64,000 nt of DNA from Saccostrea cucullata. Taxonomy: Eukaryota. Of this stretch, positions 52,501 to 60,852 are shown piece by piece. How positions within the stretch are numbered: the stretch's first letter is position 1; every line of letters starts with the position of its first letter. Both the position numbers and the translations under genes were made by a program. The notes below the pieces were generated by a model that worked only from the letters and a program-made list of their open reading frames with translations, was not told the DNA's origin and searched no databases. The DNA lies in NCBI RefSeq assembly GCF_032062105.1, contig NW_026928881.1, positions 186,001 through 250,000 on the forward strand, written 5' to 3'.

Positions 52501-52532
52501 AGGGGACAGGATTAAGTGGAACTGTTGTTTGA
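5800..52532 (+). CDS. KCNT1/KCNT2: Slo2/KCNT (Slack/Slick-like) potassium channel, subfamily T; whole multi-exon gene span (exons listed separately)
   Basis: The spliced translation matches recalled KCNT motifs: [27 protein letters not shown], pore [12 protein letters not shown]1 [12 protein letters not shown]2 [22 protein letters not shown] and YVIINP. All junctions are GT-AG and phase-consistent except across the missing S1 exon. Confidence 0.97.
6608..6917 (-). CDS. FAM20B: First coding exon of a FAM20B-like glycosaminoglycan xylosylkinase (type II Golgi kinase); the rest of the gene probably lies left of the window
   Basis: MRRKWR followed by a hydrophobic signal anchor. [24 protein letters not shown] resembles recalled FAM20B [24 protein letters not shown]. 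Ends at a G|GTAAGT donor. No downstream KGTQLK exon seen in 1-6600. Confidence 0.78.
8755..8876 (+). CDS. KCNT1/KCNT2: KCNT first coding exon 1b, conserved N-terminus ([41 protein letters not shown])
   Basis: Close match to the Slick/Slack-A N-terminus [22 protein letters not shown]. In-frame upstream stop at 8734. Donor AG|GTTAGT, phase 2. Confidence 0.95.
10217..11279. mobile_element. Non-autonomous mariner-like element, about 1.06 kb
   Basis: Perfect ~33-bp TIR CGAGGGTTGATCCAAAAGTTCGTGGAATTTCTT at both ends, TA on both flanks, no transposase ORF. Confidence 0.9.
11770..12030. repeat. Degenerate ~30-33 bp minisatellite (GTGCAAGACTAACCCTAATCAG core)
   Basis: About seven imperfect copies; explains the repeated LTLISQ in ORF 11629-12000. 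Confidence 0.75.
14906..15072 (+). CDS. KCNT1/KCNT2: KCNT alternative first coding exon 1c ([11 protein letters not shown]...SDNIPPPP-K)
   Basis: GC-richer ATG-initiated ORF ending at a consensus AA|GTAAGT donor in phase 2, in frame with the exon at 17088. Confidence 0.65.
17088..17167 (+). CDS. KCNT1/KCNT2: KCNT common exon 2 ([26 protein letters not shown])
   Basis: Polypyrimidine-CAG acceptor, GTAGGT donor; matches [26 protein letters not shown]. Confidence 0.96.
17305..17598 (+). mobile_element. Short HINE-like element
   Basis: GTCT microsatellite near the head; tail TTTACAACATCTCTTGTT resembles the termini of the 55-59 kb family. Confidence 0.55.
18350..19852 (+). mobile_element. 5'-truncated HINE carrying ~166-bp satellite units (Cg170/pearl-like)
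   Basis: About eight units spaced ~166 bp (AAAATCTTCTCAAGAA motif); tail GCTCAGGTGAG...GGCCCATGGGCCTCTTGTT. Confidence 0.88.
20498..20666. mobile_element. Degenerate Tc1/mariner-type MITE
   Basis: TA-CAGTAAAAC...GTTCAACTG-TA termini. Confidence 0.5.
20973..21600 (+). mobile_element. HINE-like element with (GTCT)n and ~140-bp tandem units
   Basis: GTCT microsatellite, then CACACAAAGATTGCC at about 21059, 21193, 21333 and 21480. Confidence 0.75.
21668..25945. mobile_element. Non-autonomous TIR transposon, about 4.3 kb, TTAA target duplication (Kolobok-like), with nested repeats
   Basis: TTAA|AGCTATCGTGCAAAGTCATAAACC...GGTTTATGACTTTGCACGATAGCT|TTAA. Imperfect inverted similarity extends about 380 bp inward. 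No transposase ORF. Confidence 0.88.
24812..24840. repeat. (GA)n microsatellite
   Basis: Direct reading. Confidence 0.95.
27074..27163 (+). CDS. KCNT1/KCNT2: KCNT exon, S1-S2 extracellular loop ([30 protein letters not shown])
   Basis: TTTTTTAG acceptor and GTAAGT donor; 90 nt open frame; terminal TG completes the conserved Trp with the next exon; NTS sequon. Confidence 0.75.
29423..29762. mobile_element. Unclassified hairpin-headed element with an internal inverted repeat pair
   Basis: Stem-loop at 29423-29505, plus TTATTTCCTATGTA (29510) and its reverse complement TACATAGGAAATAA (29749). Confidence 0.6.
30744..30852 (+). CDS. KCNT1/KCNT2: KCNT exon, S2 ([36 protein letters not shown])
   Basis: Matches [36 protein letters not shown]/GT boundaries. 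Confidence 0.95.
31260..31334 (+). CDS. KCNT1/KCNT2: KCNT exon, S3 ([25 protein letters not shown])
   Basis: Matches [34 protein letters not shown]. Confidence 0.95.
31471..31554 (+). CDS. KCNT1/KCNT2: KCNT exon, S4 ([28 protein letters not shown])
   Basis: Matches [37 protein letters not shown]. Confidence 0.96.
32240..32570 (+). repeat. ~80-bp tandem repeat, four copies, spanning a splice acceptor
   Basis: TTTATTGAACAG|AATGATTT...ATGATGAAGT repeated with AG ending at 32293, 32382, 32459 and 32541. Confidence 0.92.
32542..32636 (+). CDS. KCNT1/KCNT2: KCNT exon, S4-S5 linker and S5 ([32 protein letters not shown])
   Basis: Matches [40 protein letters not shown]. Confidence 0.94.
32952..33135 (+). 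CDS. KCNT1/KCNT2: KCNT exon, pore helix, selectivity filter (TVGYGD) and S6
   Basis: [11 protein letters not shown]...[37 protein letters not shown]; CAG/GTAAGT. Confidence 0.98.
33311..34558 (+). mobile_element. Full-length HINE with ~166-bp satellite array (Cg170/pearl-like)
   Basis: Head TTTTAGCTCACCTGAGCCGAAGGCTCAAGTGAGC, GTCT/GTCC microsatellite, six to seven units, tail GCTCAGGTGAGC...GGCCCATGGGCCTCTTGTT. Confidence 0.92.
35016..35412. mobile_element. hAT-type MITE
   Basis: TIR TAGGGCTGGG/CCCAGTCCTA; 8-bp TSD CTTAAGAG/CTCAAGAG (one mismatch); subterminal TATTGCAATA motifs. Confidence 0.8.
35788..36702. mobile_element. Non-autonomous TTAA-specific element, Kolobok-like, 915 bp
   Basis: TTAA|GGTAGGATTCTTCTC...GAGAAGAATCCTACC|TTAA, perfect 15-bp TIR. 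Confidence 0.85.
36771..36935 (+). CDS. KCNT1/KCNT2: KCNT exon, end of S6 and start of RCK1 ([16 protein letters not shown]...[13 protein letters not shown])
   Basis: Matches [23 protein letters not shown]...[18 protein letters not shown]. Confidence 0.97.
37991..38768 (+). mobile_element. HINE of the same family as 33311, with (GTC)n and about three units
   Basis: Head AGCTCACCTGAGCTGAAGGCTCAAGTGAG; tail GCTCAGGTGAGC...GGCCCCTGGGCCTCTTGTT. Confidence 0.9.
38925..39061 (+). CDS. KCNT1/KCNT2: KCNT exon, RCK1 ([46 protein letters not shown])
   Basis: Conserved DYYVV and QRVIY.GSALKD motifs; CAG/GTTAGT. Confidence 0.97.
39600..39663 (+). CDS. KCNT1/KCNT2: KCNT exon, RCK1 ([21 protein letters not shown])
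   Basis: Matches [26 protein letters not shown]. Confidence 0.95.
40172..40280 (+). CDS. KCNT1/KCNT2: KCNT exon, RCK1 ([36 protein letters not shown])
   Basis: Matches [36 protein letters not shown]. Confidence 0.97.
40308..40459. mobile_element. Tc1/mariner-type MITE
   Basis: TA-CAGTGAAACTTGTC...GACAAGTTTTACTG termini. Confidence 0.7.
41468..41576 (+). CDS. KCNT1/KCNT2: KCNT exon, RCK1 ([37 protein letters not shown])
   Basis: Conserved HVVCE and CPATSTL motifs; CAG/GTAAGT. Confidence 0.97.
42093..42242 (+). CDS. KCNT1/KCNT2: KCNT exon ([24 protein letters not shown]...[13 protein letters not shown])
   Basis: Conserved CSGNE.YHI and GKSFTYA.FHAH motifs. Confidence 0.97.
42785..43029 (+). 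CDS. KCNT1/KCNT2: KCNT exon (FGVSLVGV...[25 protein letters not shown]...SMIASV-G)
   Basis: Conserved [18 protein letters not shown] and SIIASMG-like motifs. Confidence 0.96.
44705..44969 (+). CDS. KCNT1/KCNT2: KCNT exon, inter-RCK linker (GTVALELQ...[10 protein letters not shown]...DTGY-E)
   Basis: Conserved GTVAMDLQ-like and RRPSIAPV-like motifs; AAG/GTAAGT; phases fit. Confidence 0.93.
45252..45357 (+). CDS. KCNT1/KCNT2: KCNT exon ([35 protein letters not shown])
   Basis: Matches [21 protein letters not shown]...CCLRL. Confidence 0.96.
45444..45616 (+). CDS. KCNT1/KCNT2: KCNT exon, RCK2 ([15 protein letters not shown]...[10 protein letters not shown]...[11 protein letters not shown])
   Basis: Conserved [10 protein letters not shown] and LNPIVLLL motifs. 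Confidence 0.97.
45876..45947 (+). CDS. KCNT1/KCNT2: KCNT exon, RCK2 ([24 protein letters not shown])
   Basis: Matches [23 protein letters not shown]. Confidence 0.95.
45995..46370 (+). mobile_element. Decayed HINE remnant
   Basis: GCTAAAGGCTCAA head, CCAATTTCAACCAAACTTGGCA core, CTCAGGTGAGCATTGTGGCCCAT tail. Confidence 0.6.
47086..47220 (+). CDS. KCNT1/KCNT2: KCNT exon, RCK2 ([45 protein letters not shown])
   Basis: Conserved SAEE..AD..TIV.VQT.FR pattern. Confidence 0.97.
47553..47664 (+). CDS. KCNT1/KCNT2: KCNT exon, RCK2 ([37 protein letters not shown])
   Basis: Conserved [10 protein letters not shown] motif. Confidence 0.97.
47949..48050 (+). CDS. KCNT1/KCNT2: KCNT exon ([34 protein letters not shown])
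   Basis: Conserved [21 protein letters not shown]. Confidence 0.98.
48254..48337 (+). CDS. KCNT1/KCNT2: KCNT exon ([28 protein letters not shown])
   Basis: Matches the [20 protein letters not shown]-like segment; CAG/GTGAGT. Confidence 0.95.
48737..48895 (+). CDS. KCNT1/KCNT2: KCNT exon ([34 protein letters not shown]...HGPGSN)
   Basis: Conserved [15 protein letters not shown] and EIPIGIYRT. The 3' boundary (GTACGT) is inferred from phase. Confidence 0.93.
49359..49406 (+). CDS. KCNT1/KCNT2: KCNT small phase 0-0 exon ([16 protein letters not shown])
   Basis: TTCCTATAG acceptor, GTAAGT donor, 48 nt open frame; no homology support. Confidence 0.6.
50431..50475 (+). CDS. KCNT1/KCNT2: KCNT small phase 0-0 exon ([15 protein letters not shown])
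   Basis: Strong TTTTGACAG acceptor, GTACGC donor, 45 nt open frame; no homology support. Confidence 0.5.
50722..50845 (+). CDS. KCNT1/KCNT2: KCNT exon ([10 protein letters not shown]...[24 protein letters not shown])
   Basis: Matches [24 protein letters not shown]. Confidence 0.92.
51030..51241. mobile_element. CpG-rich MITE (Tc1/mariner-type)
   Basis: CAACTTTTATTCGTGA near the left end pairs with TCACGAATAAAAGTTG near the right end; ends CAG-TA. Confidence 0.7.
51487..51571 (+). CDS. KCNT1/KCNT2: KCNT exon ([28 protein letters not shown])
   Basis: Matches [28 protein letters not shown]. Confidence 0.95.
51795..52065 (+). CDS. KCNT1/KCNT2: KCNT penultimate exon ([14 protein letters not shown]...FSPDELR)
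   Basis: Begins with a YLIR-like motif, stays open, and ends at a phase 0 GTGGGT donor. Confidence 0.85.
52371..52532 (+). CDS. KCNT1/KCNT2: KCNT terminal exon ([14 protein letters not shown]...GLSGTVV*)
   Basis: TTCCAG acceptor, phase 0, open to TGA; ends in a T-x-V PDZ-type motif. Confidence 0.75.
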   Translation: MPDKLGYSSENEWESDCCHSLEDCEEQPRFSLDNRSTGDNPANEGTGLSGTVV

Positions 52533-54944
52533 TTGGTTAATGTAATAACCAGACAACACATCTTTTACAAGAGATCAGTGGACAATCCAGCCAGTGAGGA
52601 AACGGGATCAAGTTGTATTGTTATTTCTTGGTTAAGTCAAGGCATCTGATTGGTGCTAAATGATTGATAGTAAGAAGGGAAGATTTTGTTGCTGTGATGT
52701 GGGGTTGCAGTGAAATCTGATAAATATTGTTCATATTAATTGTACATCTGTTTGTTTATCGCAGGCATATGCTGTGTACATATACATGTGATAAGTTTTT
52801 ATATTCATACACAATCGAATGTAAAATATTTTGCAAATATAAGAAAGTTTTAAACCTTTTTATTGAACCTGCAGCAAGGCAATTACTGAAGATTTGTACA
52901 TTATGAATGTATGAATATGTAGGAATGTGCACAATATATTATCAGATTTGATCAGCTACGGGTTTGTACAATATTGTCCAAGATGAAGTGGCCTGTTGCG
53001 CAGATGACATAATCAAAATCGTGTGTTATTGAGTATATGTGTGAGTTTCAGTGTCAGATGTTTTATCTGTACAGGGAAATACATGTGTAAATGTTTCCAT
53101 TATAGTTGTTTGTTATTTTACTTGAAAATGAGAATTTATACACCTTTATATCAAGACAAAGAGACCTCCTTGGCTATTTATATTTTTCTTCTTGATATTT
53201 ACTTAATATATAGTTCAGTAGGAAAATTATTTGTTAATTTGAATTTACATTGGGTTTTTATTTTAACATGTATAAATTTATGTAAACTTGTAAAGTACAT
53301 ACTGTACATTATCTGACAAAAACCAATTTTTTTAGAATTTTTTTTCTGTTGATTTATTTTTCCTTCAATTTAGGTGAAATAAAAGACTTACCATTTGAAT
53401 TCCAGTTACAGTATATCAACATTCACTCTTGATTAATGATCAAAAACAGTTTCCTAGTCCCTTTGTTGTAATTATTGTTATTTATTCTTAATCAGCTATG
53501 AATTCCTATCCTTTTTTTGTTTTGTTTTTTATTATATTTTATATCCTTCAGTTTATAAGTTTGGTCTTTTTATTCCAAGCTTGCAACATTTTATTGCACT
53601 GTGATTTAAATAATACGAAGAATTATTTTTATTTTGTTTTTAAAGTGTATTATTACTGAAATAAAATCATACATTATACATTTTATGTATACATGTGTAC
53701 TGTGAAATGTTTTTTTTGTATGCATTTTGTATGTGAATTCTAGTCATTAATTCTTTATAGTTTATACATGGTCAGTTTTAATGCTATAGATGTTTAATGT
53801 TTACATGTATCTGTCAGACACAGTCACAGTGAAATGCCTTGGTCTTTTTGATTTATTGTCCTGGAATCCTTCTGTTTAAAAAAAAAAAGACTGAAATTTC
53901 TTGGGGGGGGGGGGTATATGTTGTAGTTTTTGTGGCAGAGACTTGGCAAAATAATTCATTTAACATTTCAAATGCTTAGCAATTGAACACCTGAATCTTG
54001 AAATAAAGTCACCATGAATCGAGAATTTCTTCCGCAAACTTCAAAATTTTGACAACACAAAAATGTGTGATTTATTACATCTTTGTAATTAATTTTTATG
54101 AAGGTCTGTTTGTAGATCTTTATGCCACATATAGTGTTCATTTATTGTTTAAACTATCAAACAGTCGATTGAATCTGACATGCATTTAAAACAAGATTCA
54201 TGTTTATCAAGATTTATGTGTGAAGTACAAATGATTACTGACATTACATAATCATCGGTTTATAAGTAACTCGTCACTACATACATTTGTATATACATTT
54301 TTTTATTGTGATTTTTGGAATGTTTGGCATTTTGATTTTGTTCATGTAGAAATCTTTTCTTGCATTTATATACACTTTTATAAATCATTTTGTGTGATTT
54401 TCTGAGCGTTTTTACACCCTTTATTCAACTGAAATCAGCTAGTACACCTATCTTTCAACCTGTTTTGCTCTTCTCTTAAATTTTTTAAAAGTTATTATTT
54501 GTTGATATTATTGAATATATCAAGATCAGTTATTATGATATATATGGCTATCTGTTTTCGTCCATTACACATTGTCCATTATGCATCATACATGTAATTC
54601 ATCAGAATTCTGATTTTTGCAGAACCACTTGACCAGTCAGGGCTCCAAATTGTTAAAAATTATTTGCAAAGATGACCTGGCTAATTCAATACCCTCTCCA
54701 CAACAGATTATGAAATGTTAAATTATTGCAAAAATGATCCCAGAGTGGTGTAGATTTCAACTGATCTGTATAATTGTTCTTTTGACCAAGTTGAGATATA
54801 GTATATAAAAATGTTTGTAAATATTGCCATGTGATACTCAGATGACTGTTAATGCCCATGAACTTCTCGTTTTCAAGAGGTATACAGATATTTTTACTTC
54901 ATATTTGTGTGGACTTGCACACCTTTTTTGAGAAAGATGAAATG

Positions 54945-54950
54945 AAATAA
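54945..54950 (+). terminator. Candidate distal polyadenylation signal for KCNT (others near 53379 and 53660)
   Basis: AATAAA at the end of an AT-rich, UTR-like stretch just before the repeat cluster. The motif is common in this genome. Confidence 0.3.
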
Positions 54951-55372
54951 AGTAAATACAATGTAAAACACTTGTTACTGAGTTTTGAACATACATCAGA
55001 TTCTTCATCGTTTCACAAAAATTGTGAGGTCAGCACAGCTATGATAATTGATAACATCAAAGATTGCAAGCTATCAATTTTGATGCAGATATTGCTTGTG
55101 ACACTGGTTATAGACAGAATGTTTTGGAGAAAATCAAATGTAAGCCTCATTTGAATGATGGATGTATCCAGAGATATCAATTTCCTTGTTGTGTGTGACC
55201 TTCCACAGAGACAATTCTACCAAATTAAAACAAAAACTCAACCAGAAACATTTTTATTTAAGAATGAAAACATGGATACTGTCACCCTTATTGGGAGATT
55301 TTTCAGGGTCTGCCACATCCCTAAATTGGTTGAGGTGCTGCTTTAGTAGTACATGTATTGATGTATAATCTA

Positions 55373-56866
55373 AACAAGATGTGTTTGTGAAACACTAATG
55401 CCCCCGTATGGCAACATAGCAAAGGTTTAATTTTCACAAATGCAAATTAAACATGTCGATACCAAAGTAAAGCCTTCTCACAAGAAATACAAAAGTGAAA
55501 TATGAAACCCTAACACCACCTGTTCAAAAGTTATTGTCAAGGTTAATTTTTTTTAAAGGTAGGTCAAACTCCGGGGTAAAGGTCAAAGGGTCAAGATTGT
55601 TGGTTTCTAAAGAAAGGTCTTTCCAAAGATTACATATGGGAAGTATGATAGCCCTAGCCATAACTGTTCAAAAGTTCTTGCAAAGGTTAAAGTTTTTAAA
55701 AAGTTGGTCAAGCTCCAGGGTCAAAGGGTCAAAGTTGGTATTCAATGAAAGTTCTTGACACAAGGGTTACATATATGCAGTATTCTGCACCCTCTCGTGG
55801 CTTCCATAGGCGTTGGAACCGGGGGTGGGGGGTGGGCTTATCCCCCCTTTTTTCCAAAGGTAGACTTGGTATAGGCATCGAACATTGCTGCATGGGTTTA
55901 GCCCCCCACTTTCCACGACACGTTGCAGTATAGGTTTAAGATGGGGAAAGTGGTGGTGTTTGGAAAAAAAATTGTTACTGAAAGAAGTTCAACTCCCCCC
56001 CGAAACAGGATTCTTGTATTTGGACAAGATATATTATCATTTTTTTAACCGTTCAAAAGTTATTGCCAAGGGTGAATGTTTTTTAGAAATAGGTCAAGTT
56101 GTAAGGTCAAAGGGTCAAAGTTGTTAGTATCCAATAAAAGGTCTTTTCACAAGGACTACATATCTGAAGTATGAAATAGCCCTTGCCGTTCAAAAGTTAT
56201 GGCCAAGGTTAAAGTCTTTTTAAAAGTAGGTCAAAATCCAAGGTCAAAGTCAAAAGTTCAAAGTTATTGGTATCCAATTAAAAGTCTTGTCAAAAATAAT
56301 ATACACATGTATATGTGAAGTATGAAAGTCTTAGCACCAACCGTTCAAAAGTTAAGGCCAAGGTTAAAGTTTTTAAAGTAGGTCAAACTCTAAGGTCAAA
56401 GTTGTTGGTATGCAATGAAATGTCTTGTCACAAGAATTACATTTGTGAAGTATGAAAGCCTGAGTCCTTACCGTTCAGAAGTTATGGGCAAAAGTAGGTC
56501 AATCTCAAAGGTCTAAGTCAAAAGGTCAAGGTTGTTGGTATCCAATGAAAGGTCTTGTCACAAGTAATACATATTTGAAGTATGAAAGTCCAAGCACCAA
56601 CCGTTCAAAAGTTAGGGCCAAAGTAAAAGTTATGAATATTGGTGTAAAAGTGTGTGAAACACCAAGGTCAAGGTTAAAAGTTCAAATTGGTGGTACCCAA
56701 AGAAAAGTCATGTCACAAGGAATACACCTGTGAAATATCAAAGCCACAGTCCCACCCAATCAAAAGTTATGGACAATGTTAAAGTTTTTGCGGACAAACA
56801 GACAGACAGACGGACGGACTGGGCAAAAACTATATACCACCGGAACCTGGTTTACGGGGGCATAAA
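55373..56866 (-). mobile_element. HINE copy 1 with ~140-150 bp tandem units; interrupted by a G/C-tract MITE-like insert at about 55790-56030
   Basis: AACAAGATGTGTTTGTGAAACAC at left; ACAG/ACGG microsatellite and CGGGGGCATAAAAA at right; GGTCAAGGTCAAA-rich units. Confidence 0.88.
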
Positions 56867-56899
56867 AAGTCAAGAAATTGATATTCTTAAAGTATAAAA

Positions 56900-57994
56900 A
56901 ACAAGATGTGTTTGTGAAACACTGATGGCCCCATATGGCAACATAGCGAAGATTAAACTTTTCTTAAATGCAAATCAAGTATCTTGGTACCCAAAGTAGT
57001 GTCTTCTCATAACAAATACAATTATTAAAAAATATGAAAGCCCTAGCACTCTCTGTTCAAATGTTATAACCAAGGATAAGTTTATGAAAGGTAGGTCAAA
57101 TTCTAAGGTCCAATGGTCCAAAGTTGTTGGTTTCTTAAGAAAGGTCTTGTCAAAAGGATTACATATGTGAAGTATGAAAGCCCTAGACATACCCATTCAA
57201 AAGTTATGGCCAAGGTTTAAGTTTTTTAAAAGAAGGTCAAACTCCAAGGTCAAGGTCTAAGGTTCAAAGTTCTTGATATCAAACGAAAGGTCTTTCACAA
57301 GGATTAGGGAGAGGGCGAAATAAGTTTTGAGAACTTGTGCCCAATCCCATTGTATATGTATATTACAATAAAATATGTACAATTCAAAAAGGATTAAATA
57401 TGTAAAGTATGAAAGCCCTAGCCCTAACCCTTCAAAAGTTATGATCATGGTTTGTTTTTATAAAGTAGGTCAAATCTAAAGTCAAGGTCAAAGGGTCAAA
57501 GTTCTTGGTATTTAATGAAAGATTTTTCCACAAGGATTACATATGTGAAGTATAAAAGCCCTAGTCCTTTCCGTTCAAAAGTCATGGCCAAGGTCAAAGT
57601 TTTTTTCATTTGTACAGAAATCTCCAAGGTCAAAGTCAAAAGATCAAAGTTGTTGGTTTCCAATGAAAGATCTTGCCACAAAAAATACATATGTGAAGTA
57701 TGAAAGTTTTAGTATCTACGATTCAAAAGTGATGTCCAAAGTAAAAGTTGTGAATTTTTGTGTTAAAGTGGTTCAAACTCCAAGGTCAAGGTCAAAAGGT
57801 CAAATTTGGTGGTTCACAAAGAAAGGTCTTGTCACAAAAAATACACATGTGAAATATGAAAGTCATAGCTCCACTAAATCAAAGGTTATGGGCATGGTTA
57901 AAGTTTTTGCGGACGAACAGAGACAGACAGAAAGACAGCTAGACGAACGGACAAAAACTATATACCCTAGAATCTTCGATTACGGGGGCATAAA
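56900..57994 (-). mobile_element. HINE copy 2 (same family)
   Basis: Same termini and units as copy 1. Confidence 0.9.
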
Positions 57995-58019
57995 AAAACG
58001 TTCCAAATAAGAAGTATTG

Positions 58020-58678
58020 TTATGCCCTAAACGAAGTTTCGAAGGTATATAGTTTTTGTCGTGTTCGCCCATTCTGTCTGTCTGTCTAGCTGTCTGTCTC
58101 TGCCTGTCTCTCTCTGTCTGTCTGTTTGTCCGCAAAAACTTTAAACTTGCCCATAACTTTTGATTTAGTGGAGCTATGACTTTCATATTTCACATGTGTA
58201 TTCCTTTTGACAATACCTTTCGTTGGGTACCACCAAATTTGACCTTTTGACCTTGACCTTGGACTTTGACCAACTTTTACACAAAAATTCCAAACTTTTA
58301 CTTTGGCCATATCTTTTGAACAGTAGATTCCAGGACATTTATACTTCACATATGTATTCTTTGTTTTAAGACCTTTCATTGGATCCTAACAACCTTGACC
58401 TTTTAACCTTGACCTTAGAGATCTCCGTACTTGTGAAGAAACTTTGACCTTGGTCATAACTTTTAAAGGGTTAGGGCTAGTGCTTTCATACTTTATATAT
58501 TTAATCATTGGGGGAAGACCTTTCATTTGATAGCAAGGCTTTGACCCTTTGATCTTGACCTTGGAGTTTGACCTGCTTTTTAAAACAAAATAACCTTGGC
58601 CATAACTTCTGAACGTTTAAGGCTAGGGCTTCCATACTTTACATATGTATTTTTCAGTGTTTCACAAACACACCTTTT
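58020..58678 (+). mobile_element. HINE copy 3 (same family, inverted)
   Basis: TTATGCCC head, GTCT microsatellite, reverse-complement units, GTGTTTCACAAACAC tail. Confidence 0.88.
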
Positions 58679-58689
58679 TAAAAATATAA

Positions 58690-59885
58690 AACAAGATATG
58701 TTTGTGAAACACTGATGCCCCCGCAAGGCAACATAGCAAAGATTAAATTTTTCTTAAATGCAAATTTAATATATTGATACCCAAAGTAGGGTCTTCTCAC
58801 TGGAAATACAATTGTGAAATATGAAAGCCCTAGCACCACCTGTTCAAAAGTTATGGCCATGATAAGATTTTGAAAGGTAGGTCAAACTCCAAGGTCCAAC
58901 GGTCAAAGTTATTGGTTTCTTAAGAAAGGTCTATTGTCACAAGGATTACGTGTGTGAATTATGGAAGCCCTAGCCCTACCCGATCAAAAGTTATGGCCAA
59001 GGTTAATTTTTTTAAAGTAGGTCAAACTCCAAGGTCAAGGTCAGAGGGTCAAAGTTCTTGATACCAAATGAAAGCTCTTGTCACAATGTAAAGTATGAAA
59101 GAACTAGCCCTAACCCTTAAAAGTTTTGGTCAAGGCTTGTCTTTAAAAGTCCAAAGTCAAGGTCAAAGGGTCAAAGTTCTTGATATCCATGGAAGGGTCT
59201 TCTCACAAGGATTACATATGTGAAGTATGAAAGCCCTAGCCATTACAGTTCAAATGTTATGGCCATTGTTAAAGTTTTTCATAAGTACGGAAATCTCCCA
59301 GGTCAAGGTCAAGGTTATTGGTATCCAATGAAAGGTCTTGCCACAAAGAATACATATGTGAAGTATGGGAGCCCTAGCCCTAACCCTTCAAAATTTTGAA
59401 AAGAAGGTCAAACTCCAAGGTCAAGGTCAAAGTTCTTGATATCAAATGAAATGTTTTGTCACGAGGATTAAAGATGTAAAGAATGAAAGCACTTGCCCTA
59501 ACCCTTTAAAAGTTATGGTCGAGGTTCGTTTTTTTAAAGTAGGTCAAACTCAAAGGTCAAAGTCGAAGGGCCAAAGTTCTTGTCATCCATTGAAGGGTCT
59601 TCTCACAAAGCCATAGCTTGTACCGTTCAAAAGTTATGGCCAAGGTTAAAGTTTCTTCATAAGTACGGAAATCTCTAAAGTCAAGGTCAAAAGGTCAAAT
59701 TTGGTGGTGCCCAAAGAAAGGTCTTGTCACAAGGAATACACATGTGAAATATGAAAGTCATAGCTCCACTAAATAAAAAGTTATGCGCATGGTTAAAGTT
59801 TTGCGGACAAACAGACAAACAGCTACACAGACAGCTTTACAAACAGACGGACGGACACAACAGAAACTATATACCCCCGAAGCTT
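58690..59885 (-). mobile_element. HINE copy 4 (same family)
   Basis: AACAAGATATGTTTGTGAAACAC at left; ACAG microsatellite and AACTATATACCCCCGAA at right. Confidence 0.88.
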
Positions 59886-59930
59886 AATTTTCAGTGTCAA
59901 AAAATCATTTTCTATTGTCAGGAAATACAT

Positions 59931-60569
59931 TTTCGTCTTCCACTTTCACAAAAGCAAGGAGGCGTTAAATCTCATTCGTCTGTCTATCTGGCACAAAAAC
60001 TTTAACCTTGGCCATAACTTTTGAATGAGAAGAGATAGAGCTTTCATATGTACATGTGCTTTACTGTAACAAGATTTTCCAAATATACTATGAATTTTTA
60101 CCTCTTGACCTTGAACTTTGACCGACTTTACAAAAAATGTAGCATTTCTTTAAATTGTTCATAATTTCTTAAAGAAAAAAGATAGGGCTTTCATATTACA
60201 CATATGTATAACCTGTGACAAGGCCTTTTTAAATACACTATGATTTTGTTTTACCCTGTGACCTTGACCCTGAAGTTTGACCTACTTTTTAAAAATGTTA
60301 CTTCCATTATAACTTTTCATTGAGAAGAGACAAGGTTTCATATTTGACATGTGTATTACCTGTAACAAGACGTTTCCAAGCTTGCTATGCTATTGACCCC
60401 TTGACCTTGACCATCATGTTTGACTTTATTTTTTTTTTTATTTTAACTTGGTGATTACTTTTGAATGATTTTGATAAGCGTTCATTTTTGACACAATGTG
60501 CCATAAATAATGGCATCCCATCCACTAAGACACTGAAAGCGGATGACTTTTCTTTGAATTTGCTTGTTT
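59931..60569 (+). mobile_element. HINE copy 5 (second terminus type, diverged units)
   Basis: TTAAATCTCATTCGTCTGTC head and GACACTGAAAGCGG...TGCTTGTT tail, shared with the element at 61216. Confidence 0.75.
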
Positions 60570-60612
60570 AAATATCAAGAAATCAAATTATGACATAAGA
60601 TAGTACGAAAGC

Positions 60613-60852
60613 TACGAAAGCGTATTAATACTTTGTTATAACAAATTAATACTTTGTTATAAAAATTAGTCATTTGTTATAACTGTAAATTAGTGATTTG
60701 TTAAAAGAAATAATTTGTTATAACAAATTAATTAAATTGTATTAACAAATTATTAATTTGTATTAACAAATTATTAATTTGTTAAAACAAATTACTAATT
60801 TGTTAAAAAAAAATAATAAAAGATACTGGTGCGGCCCTAGTACGCTTCCGTA
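60613..60852. mobile_element. Small inverted-repeat element with AT-rich TTGTTATAACAAATTA internal repeats
   Basis: TACGAAAGCGTA...TACGCTTCCGTA termini. Confidence 0.65.
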
